Made by a program: the position numbers and the translations under genes
Part shown: positions 1-12,300 of the stretch, piece after piece
Layout: the number at the start of each line of letters is the position of its first letter
Numbering within the stretch: position 1 is the stretch's first letter
Assembly (NCBI RefSeq): GCF_044704955.1
Contig: NC_091984.1
Location: 123,318,001-123,382,000 of the forward strand
DNA length: 64,000 nucleotides
Source: Pristiophorus japonicus
Taxonomy: Eukaryota
Reading direction: 5' to 3'
Notes under the pieces: generated by a model
What the model was told of the DNA's origin: nothing
Databases searched by the model: none
What the model saw: the letters and a program-made list of their open reading frames with translations, nothing else

Positions 1-136
1 GTGACTAAGATGCAATACATTTTTTTTTTTTTCAGTACAAAAAGGACAAAATCTGCTTTTTATAAAATCACTGGTGACTTTTTAAATGTTAGCACAATTC
101 TTCAACAAGACAGGCAGACATCTGTTTGCTCCTAAA

Positions 137-365
137 CTTGGCTTAGTGGTAGCTCTTCTCAAATCACAAATTTGTGGGTTCAAGTCCTACTCTAAAGACT
201 TGAGCACATAATCTCAGCTGACACTACTGTGCCATCCTGAGGGAGTGCTGCATGGTCAGAGGTGCCTTCTCTCGGGTGAGACGTTAGAGTTTTCGTCTGC
301 CCTCAGGTGGGCATAAAAGATCCAAAGAGCAGGGTAGTTCTCCTGCCCAATATTTATCCCTCAAA
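137..365 (+). mobile_element. Deu-domain tRNA-derived SINE (SacSINE1/AmnSINE1-like), 5' half
   Basis: A/B-box-like head (ggcttagtggtagc...gggttcaagtcc) then gagggagtgctgca...gaggtgcc...gagacgtta...aaaagatcc...aatatttatccctcaa; interrupted by a CR1 and resumes at 2477. Confidence 0.7.
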
Positions 366-2476
366 AATATATGAAGGCAGAGTTGGCGAAAGTGGACTGG
401 GAAAATAGATTAAAGTGTGGAACAGTTGATGAGCAGTGGCAGACATTTGAGATATTTCATAACTCTCAACAAAAATATGTTCCAATGAGAAGGAAAGACT
501 TTGAGAGAAGGGATAACCATCCGTGGCTAACTAAGGAAATAAAGGATGGTATCAAATTGAAAACAATGGCTTGCAAAGTAGGCAAGATTAGTGGGAGGCC
601 AGAGGATTGGGAAACTTAAAAAACAAGGACAAAAAATAATGAGGGGGACAATAGATTATGAAAGTAAACTAGCAAGAAATATAAAACAGATAGTAAGAGT
701 TTCTACAGGTATATAAAAAAGGAAGAGAGAGAGAGTGGCGAAAGTAAATGTTGGACCCTTAGAAGATGAAACTGGGGAAGTAATAATGGGGAACAGGGAA
801 ATGGCAGAGCAGCAAATATTTTATATTGGTCTTCATGGTCGAAGACACTAAAAACATCCCAATAATGAATAATCAAGGGGCTATAGGGAGGGAGGAATTA
901 TAACAATCACTAAAGTAGTAGTACTCGGTAATATAAATGGGACTAAAGATGGACAAGTCTCCTGGACCAGATGGCTTGCATGCTAGGGTCTTAAAAGAAG
1001 TGCTTGCAGAGATAATGGATGAATTGGTTGTAATCTACCAAAATTCCATGGATTCTGGAGAGCTCAGCAGATTGGAAAACCGCAAATGTAACACCACTAT
1101 TTAAAAAAGGAGGCAGACAAAAAGCAGGAAACTATAAATCAGTTAGCCTAACATCAGTCATTGGGAAAATGCTGAAGTCCATTATTAAGGAAGCAGTAGC
1201 AGGACATTTGGAAAAGCATAATTCAGTCAAGCAGAGTCAGCATGGTTTTATGAAAGGGAAATCATGTTTGACAAATTTTCTGGAGTTCTTTGAGCATGTA
1301 ATGAGCAGGGTGGATAAGAGGGAACCAGTGGATGTGGTGAATTTGGATTTCCAGAAGGTATTCAATAAGGTGCCACATAAGAGGTTACTGCAAGATAAAA
1401 GTTCACGGGATGGGGGGGGGTAATATATTAGCATGGATAGAGGATTGGCTAACTAACAGAAAACAGAGTCGGGATAAATGGGTCATTTTCCAGTTGGCAA
1501 ACAGCAACTAGTGGGATGCCACAGGAATCGGTGCTGGGGCATCAACTATTTACAATCTATATTAATGATTTGGATGAAGGGACTGAGTGTAATGTAACCA
1601 CGTTTACTGATGATACAAAGATGGGTGGGAAAGCAAGTTGTGAGGAGGACAAAAAAAAATTGCAAAGGGATCTAGACAGGCTAATGAATGGGCAAAAATT
1701 TGGCAGATGGAGTACAATGTGGGAAAGTGTGAGGTTATCCACTCTGGCAGAAAAGTTAAAAAGCAAATTATTAAAAATGGAGAAAAATTACAAAATGCTG
1801 CAGTACAGAGGGATCTGGGAGTCCTTGTGCATGAAACACAGTTAGTATGCAGGTACAGCAAGTAACCAGGAAGGCCAACATTCCAAGTGGGATGGAGTAT
1901 AAAAGCAGAGAAGTCCTGCTACAACTTAAACAGGGTTTTGGTGAGGCCACACCTAGAGTACTGCGTACAGTTTTGGTCTCCTTATTGAAGGAGGGATATA
2001 CTATCATTGGAGGCAGATCAGAGAAGGTTCACTAGGTTGATTCCTGAGATGTAGGGTTTGACTTAGGTCAACTAGGTTGGGTCTATACTCATGGGAGTTT
2101 GGAAGAATGAGAGGCGATCTTATTGAAACATACAAGATAATGTTGGTGTGGATAATGAGGAGGCTCGACAAGTTAGATGCAGAGAGGATGTTTCCAGTCA
2201 TGGGGGAATCGTTTCAGAATAAAACGCAGATGAAAAGGAATTTCTTCTCGGGGTTGTAAATCTATGGAATTCTCTGTCGTAGAGAGCTGTGAAGGCTGGA
2301 TCATTGAATATATTTAAGGTGGAGATACCGATTTTTAAGCGATAAGGGAGTAAAAACTTATGGGGAGTGGACAGGAAAGTGGAATTGAGCCCATGATGAG
2401 ATCAGCCATGATCTTATTCAATGGTGGAGCAGGCTCAAGGGGCCAAATGGCCCACTCCTACTTATGTTATGTTCTT
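366..2476 (+). mobile_element. CR1 LINE, 5'-truncated, frameshifted ORF2 (RT)
   Basis: Peptides [64 protein letters not shown]; 3' tail ttatgttatgttctta. Confidence 0.92.
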
Positions 2477-2672
2477 AACCAACATCACAAACCTATCTGG
2501 TCAGTACCTCATTTCTGCTGTATGACCCTTGCTTTGCACAAATTGGCTGTGTCATTTTCTACAATGCAATAGTGACTACACTTCAAAAAGTACTGCATTG
2601 GCTGTGAAACCCTTTATGATGCCTTGAGGATATATGAAAGGCACTATATAAATACAAGTCTTTCTTTTTCTT
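2477..2672 (+). mobile_element. Deu-domain SINE, 3' half (continuation of 137-365)
   Basis: ccaacatcac...caaattggctg...gtgactacacttcaaaaagtac..cattggctgt...gaaaggcactatataaatacaagtctttc; colinear with uninterrupted copies at 42430-42800 and 51705-52030. Confidence 0.7.
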
Positions 2673-2964
2673 TAGACCTTCTTGCCAAACGTTAGATTGA
2701 TCAAGATGAGTCCATCTTACGGCAAGAACATTATATAGGATTAGTTATGGAGGCCTTCAAGATTTGTGTGTGTTAAATCCTGCCAATTCCCCTCCCCCTG
2801 CCAAGACAGGAATCGGGACAATCTCACTGCGGTACACTCCCACAGACACCAATCACCTTACAGGACATCCCCCAAGCAACCATCTCAACAGCACACATCA
2901 GGACATTCAGAGGGGGATCGCAGACAAGCCAGATCATATCCTGACCCAACCTTCTCACATACAG

Positions 2965-3345
2965 TTCCAAGAAAAGCCATTGGATTTGATTGAGGCGCTT
3001 CAAATGCTAAAAGGATTAGATAGGGTAGATATGGAGATGTCCTCTGGTGGGGGAAAATAAGGAACAAGGGGTCTTAATCTGAAAGTTCGACTTGGCTCAT
3101 TCAGGAAACATTTTCTCTCAAAAGGGATAGTAGAAATTTGGAAATCTCTTCCAATTCTCCCAGCATCCTCAGCCTTTTGAAGGAGCAGTAAAGACTGAGA
3201 TAGATTGCTAACACAAAATCTAAGGGCATCAAGAGATATGGAGACAAGGTAGGTAAATTGAGTTGAGGTGCAGGTTAGCCATGATAAATAAATGAATGGC
3301 AGAACAGACCCAAGGGACTGAATGGCCTGCTCCTGTTCCTAGTTA
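2965..3345 (+). mobile_element. old CR1 3' fragment
   Basis: DLIEALQMLKGLDRVD remnant and CR1-type 3' UTR (gaatggcagaacagac..gggactgaatggcctgctcctgttcct). Confidence 0.7.
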
Positions 3346-4035
3346 TCAGAAGCAGGTACCAAGACTGATTTTTCCCTCTAATGTACAGGTCCACTGGAGT
3401 TCCTATTCTACCAGCCCTAGACACCAGCTTAATCAGCATAGCCCAGGAACTTTCTGCCCTTAACAACTTAGTTGCTCACAATTTAACCACCTTAGCTCCA
3501 ATCTTGTAGTGCAACTCAAGACTTTCTAGGAACATGGATGTTCTCCCACCCGAGACTGCATATTGAAAATACACAATAAACCAATGAGCCAGAGAGATAA
3601 TCAAATATCCAACAACATATTTTTCTCCCATCCCACTCAGATCATCAGAGTTTGGACCCATCCTCTGGTCCCCTACTTAAACACAAGTGATTCCCTTCCT
3701 CTTTTTAAAAAAAAACTTTCCATGGTTCTCGCAACTGGAACCAGAGGGAAAATATTTGAAAGCAACCACACAAGCCAAGACATATATTGCTCCATTATCC
3801 ATTCACACTTGAAAACCAAGACAAACAAAACCAACACCTTCGCCACGTAAAGAAAACACGTTTTATTTTAAAAAAGGACAATTATAGTAGTCCAAAATAT
3901 GTATAAACTCATACTGTCTGTAGTGTTTGGTACAGTACAGATGCAGAGGGGTCATTACTGAGAACACACAAGAACTAGTAAGTAGACGTTGAAAATTATT
4001 TTGGTTACATTTCTGGTATGCACCAAGAGTATTCC

Positions 4036-4235
4036 TGTTGTGTAACTAAAGCATGCATTCCCATGTTCTGTCACCAGGGAGCACATCACCTGAAGTCCCA
4101 AGGGATCCCAGCATCCCTTGGGAGCACTGTATATAAGCCGGCCCCTAACTCACTCTGGAGTGTCTTAATAAAGACTGAGGTCACTGTTACTTTAACCTCC
4201 CTGTGTGCAGTCTCATCTGTGTTAGGAACACAACA
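4036..4235 (+). repeat. 5' LTR of Gypsy element 1
   Basis: starts tgttgtgt, ends acacaaca, tatataag and aataaa inside, followed after 2 nt by the PBS. Confidence 0.85.
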
Positions 4236-7200
4236 ACTGGCGACGAGTATACAAATCCAACGCAAAGATGCAGCAAACTGTGGGCATCCTGGAGAAGTTC
4301 TCGGAAGGTGAGGACTGGGAAGCCTATGTCGAATGGGTAGACCAGTACTTTGTAGCCAATGAGTTGGACGGAGAAGGAAGCGCTAAAAAAAAAAAAAAAA
4401 AAAAGAGAGCGGTCCTCCTCACAGTCTGTGGGGCACCAACCTACAGCCTCATGAAGAATCTTCTGGCTCTGGTGAAACCCACAGATAAGTCATATGAGGA
4501 GCTGTGTATACTGGTTCGGGAGCATCTTAACCCAAGGGAGTGTGTGCTGATGGCGAGGTATAGGTTCTACACGTGCCAGCGATCTGAAGGTCAGTAAGTG
4601 GTGAGTTATGTCGCCGAGCTAAGGTGACTTGCAGGACAATATGAGTTTGATGGCTACCTGGAGCAGATGCTCAGTCTTTTTTGTACTGGGCATTGGCCAC
4701 GAGACCATCCTATGAAAACTTTTGACTGTAGAGACACCGACCCTCAGTAAGGCCATTGTGATGGACAGAAACGCCTGTGCTACCAGTGAAAACACCAAAC
4801 AAATCTCAGTACACAAGTGCTAGCAATGTTCATAAAATAACGAACTGTGTTTGCAAGCAGAAATGTACAGGGCAGAAACGACGAGTCTAACTGCCAGCAG
4901 GCCTCAGGTGACCCAGATGATTGAGTCCACAATGAAGGATGAATGAAAGGCAATTCACACCTTGTTGGCGTTGTGGAGGCTCCCATTCAACCTATTCATG
5001 CCGCTTCAAAGGGTATGTTTGCAAGAGCTGTGGAACAATGGGGCACCTCCTACGAGCTTGCAGACGAGCTGCAAGCTCTGCAAAACCTGCTAACCACCAC
5101 GTGGCAGAGGAAGTTCGGTCCATGGTGGATCAAAGCAATTTCGAGCCTCAGAGAGGAGGCAGATGCTGAAGTACACAGGGTGCACACATTTGAGATGAAA
5201 TGTCTACCTATAATGCTAAACGTAAAATTAAATGGCCTACCCGTAGCCATGGAACTGGACACTGGCACTAGCCAATCCATCATGAGTAAAAAGATGTTTG
5301 AGAGACACTAGTGCAACAAGGCATTCAGACCAGCCCTGAGCCCCATCCATACGAAACTGAGAACATACACCAAAGAGCTCATCACTGTCCTGGGCAGCAC
5401 CATGGTCAAGGTCACCTACGAGGACCTGGTGCACGAACGGGCTACTCTGGATTGTCTTGGGCGATGGCCCCACACTGCTTGGAAGGAGCTGGCTGGGCAA
5501 AATCCGCTGGAACTGGGACGACATCCGAGCCCCATCACATGTCGATGAGGCCTCATGTACCCAAGTTCTTAATTAATTTCCTTCCCTTTTTGAGCCAGGC
5601 ATTGGAAACTTTTCCAGGATGAAGGTGCAGATCCACTTGGTCCCAGAGGCACGACCCATTCACCACAAGGCGCGAGCGGTACCTCACATGAGGGAAGTGT
5701 GGGGAAATAGAGCTGGACAGGCTGCAACGCAAGGGCATCATCTCCGCAGTGGAATTCAGCAAGTGAGCCAGCCCAATTGTTCCAGTACTCAAAAGTGATG
5801 GCACGATCAGGATTTGCAGCGATTATAAACCAACTAGTAATAGTTTCTCACTACAGGACAATACCTACTACCCAAGGTAGATGACCTATTTGCGATGCTG
5901 GCAGGAGGCAAGACATTCACCAAGCTCGACCTGACTTCAGCCTACATGACGCAGGAGCTGGAGGAGTCTTTGAAGGGCCTCACCTGCACCAACACGCACA
6001 AGGGACTGTTCATCTACAACAGATGCCCGTTTGGAATTCGGTCGGCTGCAGCGATCTTCCAGAGAAACATGGAGAGCCTACTCAATTCTGTACCACACTG
6101 ATCTTTCAGGACAACGTATTGGTCATGGGTCGGGACACTGCCGAGCACCTACAAAACCTGGAGGAGGTCCTCCAGGGACTGGATCAGGTAGGGCTGCAGC
6201 TGAAGAGGTCGAAATGAGTCTTCATGGCAACAGAAGTGGGGTTTTTGGGGAGAAAGATCGCGGCGGATAGCATTCGGCCCACAGACACCAAGACAGAGGC
6301 TATCAGGAACGCGCCCAGGCCACAGAATGTCACGGAGCTGCGGCCGTTCCTAGGACTCCTCAACTATGTTGGTAACTTCCTACCAGGGTTAAGCACCCTC
6401 TTAGAGCTCTTAAATGTGTTATTGTGCAAAGGTGAGAACTGGGTATGGGAAAAAAAAAAGTAATTGCTTTTGAGAAAGCCAGGAACATTTTATGCTCCAA
6501 CAAGCTGCTGGTATTGTATAACCAGTGTAAAAGACTTGTGCTAGCATGTGACGCGTCGTCGTACGGAGTCGGGTGTGTATTACAACAAGCTAATGTTGCA
6601 GGGAAGTTGCAACCTGTCGCCTATGCTTCCAGGAGCTTGTTGAAGGCAGAGAGGGCCTACAAGCATGTTTGAGAAAAAGAGGCATTACCGTGTGAGTTCA
6701 GGGTAAAGAAAATGCATCAGTACCTGTTTGGCCTCAAATTTGAGCTGGAAACCGATCACAAGCCCCTCACATCCCTGTTCGCTGAAAACGAATTGGACCC
6801 AGAGGCGACTTCCCAGCTTCAGTGGAGGAACCAGAGAAGAGGATCACAGCAGTCGACATCGTGGATAAATAAAGATGGCGGCCGGACCACGAGGTGCAGC
6901 GCTGATGGAGCAACACGTGGCACCAACCGAAAGATGATTGGGGTAAAAATAGCAAGGCTCTCTTAAAAGGAGGCCTGCAACTCACCACACTTAAAGTTCC
7001 ACACTCTCAATGCAACAGCGAGTTAGATGTAAAATGTGTAATCGATGATCAGAGTTGTGTACATGCAATAAGCAAGGAAGTGTCACGTGATTGCGGTCGG
7101 AGCTACAAGTTATTTACTATGAGTAATATAACGTTGTGCGATGTAGGATTTCAACTGCATAGCGTCAATGCAGCCGGCAAACACCCATTGGGAGCACACA

Positions 7201-8069
7201 AGTCCAGCATGCTACCCAATACTGTAGCCTGCGTCCCTGGGACCAGAGTGATGCACCAGAGTGTGGCCACAAGCAGCTAATATATACAAGCTGCAGAGCA
7301 AGCGATCTCAGGAGGGCAACGGTATTCATACCCTGCCCGCGATCAGCTCCACCTTTCAGGCAGCCGATGGCACCAACCGCCATGAGCCTGAAAGAGCAAA
7401 CTGTGCTAAGGCGCAGACCAAGGCTACACCCGGGAACAAAGGATCACCCGCAATGGGTCTCCCAAATGGGACTGGGACCAGCTAGGATCCCAAACCAAAT
7501 AACGGCCATGCATGAGAGTCAGCAGTTCCCTGTGCACTGCTAGACAACTGCCCCTCAAGGAGCAGCAGCGACCTGGGGTGCAAGGAGAGGACAGGGAGAA
7601 TACAGACATCTGTGAACCTGCCCGACGCAAGAAGCAACGACAAAAGCCCCGAGAGCAAGCAACTTGAGCCAGTCGGGTTCGCACTGCCAGCACTGAGCAC
7701 CGTGCCGCCACCAGATTGCCTGGACACCATCCAGCAGTTCTGGCACTAGTTTGTCCTCACGTGCCGGTGCTGACCCCAGCACCGACTCCAAGTATATACC
7801 GAATCATTCAAATGTACTTGCCTCACCACAGTACCATGAATGCAATACTGTAAATGCAATTTTTTTTTTGGACTTCAATGTATGTGGGTGGGGGAAGAAG
7901 AAAGAGAATGGAGTGGTTATGGACACAAACAGAAACCACCAGCAACTCTACTGCCAACGAAACACCACTCACCCAAGGTGGAAACGACCCTCAAAGGGTC
8001 AACCAGATAGAGCTAAGCCCAGAGCACTGTCCATGCAAAGGCGATTTTCACTAAAGACTTGGAGAGTGA

Positions 8070-8292
8070 CGTCATGTATCCTACATGGTTACTGCTTATA
8101 CTATTACAAGGGTGTGCCACCGCAGTGAGAGATTTGTAGGTTACCCGTACAGGTGTGCCAGGCCAGTATTAAAGACAGGCCACCATGTGTGATGCTCACT
8201 CTGGAGTTACATTAAATGGACTAAGGTCAGCACAGTTCAAGCACAACACACTGTCTCGTGGAGTCATTATTAGAGCATCTGAAGACACAAGG
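8070..8292 (+). repeat. 3' LTR of Gypsy element 1 (different LTR subfamily)
   Basis: follows taaagacttggagagtga (PPT-like), starts cgtcatgt; similar along its length to the solo LTR at 49680-49913, not to 4036-4235. Confidence 0.75.
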
Positions 8293-9343
8293 ACAACCTT
8301 AAAAGTTGAGGATTTGTCAAGGGCACACTGGTAGAGCTAGAGGTGGACAAGTCGTAATTACCAATTGATAGGTGAGGCCTAATGTGTTCCACCTTGCAGC
8401 CAGCCAATTTGACATGGCAAGAGCTTGGAACTCTAGTTGAGTGAAGGAAATAAAAAAAAAGAGAAAGGAATCTCAAGTTTAGGGAAGCAATAAATCTAGA
8501 TTACCCTTCTATGGTTTTGATTTTAATTTCTGGCTCACTCTCCAATTTCCCCTTTCCCAACTAGAAATAAAATAACAATCTATCCTGCCCAAAGATGTGA
8601 AAGAGACAGTTTTGGATAGTCTTTGTAGCTTTTTTTTTGGCAAGTACAGAGTATTAAACCACCACTCAAATGCACTGCAGCTTTACGTAGAGTATGTTGC
8701 AGCAGTGCTAATTAATGAGTTGGTACCGGCAGAATAATGACCAAGATCAGTCATCAGCAGTTACCCTCAACATTGGCAGGACAGACTAGAGGTTTTTTTT
8801 GTTGCTTGATGTCATTAGAGGTCTGTTTACCAGATGGCAAATAGAAAAGTAACTATTACCAGCATTTTGGCATTTGAAGGACATATCTAACAGCTTAGTA
8901 ATGCCGACTGGGATTGAAAGCATCTGAAAACAGTATTTGAAAGAAAGACACTTATTTGGAGCCAAAATAATCTTTCTGGCACATCCATGCAAGAACTAAT
9001 TTCCTCTTGCGTCGGCCCCCTCCTGTTTTAGAAGGCCCAGATCTGCACACATTCCTTGTCCCCCCCTGCAGTTAGGTTTTGAGTGTTAAAACAAATGTCT
9101 AACTACATGCGGAATGATTACAGGTTTCACCCATTACTGAAGACTCCACAACAGACTCAATGTAGACATGAAATAAGCAGAGATGGCAAGTCCAGATTGC
9201 AGACACATCAGACAGTTAAAAAATAAGTCAGAGATCAATTGTTGGAAATATTCAAAATAGGAGAGAGTGTACACATTCCTGCAAGGTAAAAAGGGGGCAC
9301 ATTAAAAAAAAGAGTTCCATGGCTAAAGAGAGAGAGAATAAAG

Positions 9344-12300
9344 TGTAAAGTCCTGTCCCCTCAGTACTGATTCACACGAGGCATGTAGTAAAGTCAAGGT
9401 CACTCTGGACCTGCACCTTCATTTCACAGCTCTGGAATGCTGCACTTGCCTGAGACCTGTCCTTATATACCTGTCTCTTGCAAGTGCACCCCTGGTGGCA
9501 AGGTATGCTGGTGGTTACAGGTCATATCTTATTACAGCCATGTATAGCATGTTAGGATACAGTTATATATAATAATGTAAGATACATGACACCACCCTCC
9601 CCCAAGGTCTTATTGTCTTTATAGGTTCAGTCTCTCAGATGGTCTACGCTCTCGAGTGGAGCGTCGGAGTTGTGGTTCAGTTGTTTGCCTTGGTGTCTGT
9701 TTTTCTTTGGGTGTGGTTGCTGGCATCTCGCCTGGGCTGTCTGTTTCGTTTGGTGGGATTGTTGTTGACTCGTCTGGGCTGTCTGTTGGGATTGCCTTTT
9801 CCTCAGGTTGTTCCCTCTGTCTGTCCACCAGGTTCCGCAGTGTTGTTGGTAAATCGGCTTTTGACTTGGTCTACATGCCTCGGGCAGGTTTTGCCATTGT
9901 CCATTTGTACTACCAGTAGCCTATTTCCTTCCTTGCCCATTACTGTCCCTGCAAGCCATTTGGGACCCCTGCCATAGTTCAGTACAAACGCTTTGTCCCC
10001 TATTTCATTCCATCTCCCCCTCGAATTTCTGTGCATGTCTGGGAGGATTAATGAGAGCCTTGTTTTTAAAGTCCGTTTTATCAACAGTTGCGCAGGGTGG
10101 GAGGGGGGGGGGGGGAGATCCCAGTCAGTGAGTGCGGACGAGATCTGTATGCCAGCAGCAGTCGCGACAGGCGACCCTGCAGCGTGGGACCTTGGATTTT
10201 AAGCATGCCTTGTTTAATGATTTGCACTGCTCTCTCCGCCTGGCCATTGGAGGCCGGCTTGAACAGTGCCGTCTTGACATGATTTATGCCGTGGACAATT
10301 ATAAAGTCTTGGAATTATGCGCTGGTGAAGCACAGACCAGTGTCACTGACCAATATGTCAGGGATTCCGTGCGTTGCAAACATGGTTGCGAGGCTCTCCA
10401 TAGTGGTGGAGGTTGTGCTAGAGTTTAAAATGGTGCATTCGATCCACTTTGAAAATGCATCCACAACTACTAGGAACATTTTGCCCATGAATGGGCCCGC
10501 ATAGTCTACGTGCACCCGCGACCACGTTTGGTAGGCCAGGGGCTCAGTGGAACCTCCCTGGGGGCATTGCTGAGTTGGGCACAAATGGTGCACCTTTGGA
10601 CGCAGAGCTCCAAGTCCGCGTCAATAACAGGCCACCAGACGTGGGATCTGGCTATGGCCTTCATGAGAACGATCCCCGGGTGCTCGCGGTGGAGCTCCCG
10701 GACGAATGCCTCTCTGCCTCGAAGAGGCATGACTACTCGGCTGCCCCACATCAGGCAGTCTGCTTGTAGTGATAGCTTATGCATGCGCCTGTGAAAGGGT
10801 TTTAATTCCTCGGGGCAGGCATCGCGAGCCTCTGCCCAGTCAACGGTTAGGACACATCTTTTTACTAAGGATAACGTGGGGTCGCTGGCCATCCAGGCTC
10901 TGATTTGGCGAGCTGTCATGGGCGAACCTGTGGACTCAAAGGCATTGATTGCCATGACTATCTCAGTCCTGTTCGTCAGACCCTTCCGTGGTCACCAGGG
11001 GTAGCCTGCTGAGCACGTTGGCACAGTTGTCTGTGCCTGGTCTGTGCCTTATGGTATAGTCGTAGGACAGCAGCATGAGTGCCCACCGTTGAATTCGCGC
11101 CGAGGCGTTGGCGTTTATTGCCTTGCTCTGGGATAGGAGGGACGTGAGGGGCTTGTGGTTGGTTTCTAACGCGAACTTGGCCCCGAAAAGGTATTGGTGT
11201 ATCCTTGACACCGTACAAGCACGCGAGCGCCTCCTTCTCTACCATTCCGTACCTGCGCTCTGCCCGCGAAAGTGACCTGGAGGCATAAGCTATGAGTTGT
11301 AATTTGCCCGCACTATTGACATGTTGCAAAACGCACCCGACCCCATATGTTGATGCATCGCATGTGAGAACTAGCTTTTTACCTGGGTTAAAGAAAGTCC
11401 AAACACTGTTGGAACACAGAAGGTTGCTTGCCTTATTGAAGGTGCATTCCTGGGCGTCCCCCCAAAACCAATCGCACCCCTTTCTGAGTAGCACGTGGAG
11501 AGGCTCCAGCAGCGTGCTTAAGTTCTGCATAAAGTTCCCAAAGTAATTGAGTAGCCCGAGAAAGGCGCGCAGTTCTGAGACATTCCGGGGCCTGGGTGCC
11601 AGGCGAATTGCTTCTGTTTTGGACTCTGTTGGGCGGATTCCATCAGCGGCAATCCTTCTGCCCAAAAATTCAACCTCTGGTGCGAGAAACAAGCACTTGG
11701 ATTTTTTGACTCTTAGGCCTACCCAATCCAACCGCTTTAGTACTTCCTCCAAATTATGGAGATGGGAGTCGGTGTCCCTGCCCGTGATAAGTATGTCGTC
11801 TTGAAATACAACCGTCCCTGGGATGGACTTGAGCAGACTCTCCATGTTGCGCTGGAATATGGCAGCTGCCGACCTAATGTCGAATGAGCATAGATTGTAC
11901 ATGAAAAGGCCTCGCTGTGTGTTGATGGTGGTGAGTAGCTTGGATTCCTCGGTCAATTCTTGCATCATATACACCGATGAGGTCTAATTTTGAGAAAAGG
12001 TTACCTCCAACCAATGTGGCAAATAAGTCCTCCGCTCTGGGCAGCAGGTACTTGTTCTGTAGGCAGACTCTGTTTATGGTAGATTTGTAGTCCCCACAGA
12101 TTCGTACGGATCCATCAGGCTTCATGACTGGGATGATGGGACTTGCCCAGTCGCTAAATTCCACAGGTGATATAATGCCTTCCCGCAGATGCCTGTCTAG
12201 TTCATGTTCAATCTTTTCCCTCATCACATAGGGTACAGCTCTGGCCTTGTGATGGATCGGTCTAGCATAGTGTGTGATGTAGATTTTGACTTTAGTCCCT

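Larger units (their letters stand above)
4036..8292 (+). mobile_element. Gypsy LTR retrotransposon (Mag-like), degenerate, integrase missing, non-matching LTRs
   Basis: 5' LTR 4036-4235 (TG..CA, TATA, AATAAA), PBS TGGCGACGAG at 4238, Gag with two CCHC knuckles (CWRCGGSHSTYSC; CKSCGTMGHLLRAC), protease MELDTG, RT (KLDLTSAY, PFGI, FQDN), RNase H (ACDASSYGVG, ETDHKPL); PPT-like tract and a different LTR at 8070-8292. Confidence 0.9.

Noticed and set aside
4268-4597. Poly-lysine tracts in Gag and in CR1 ORF1 (16402-16423) resembling NLSs
   Set aside because: Homopolymer A expansions in dead elements, not selected protein features.
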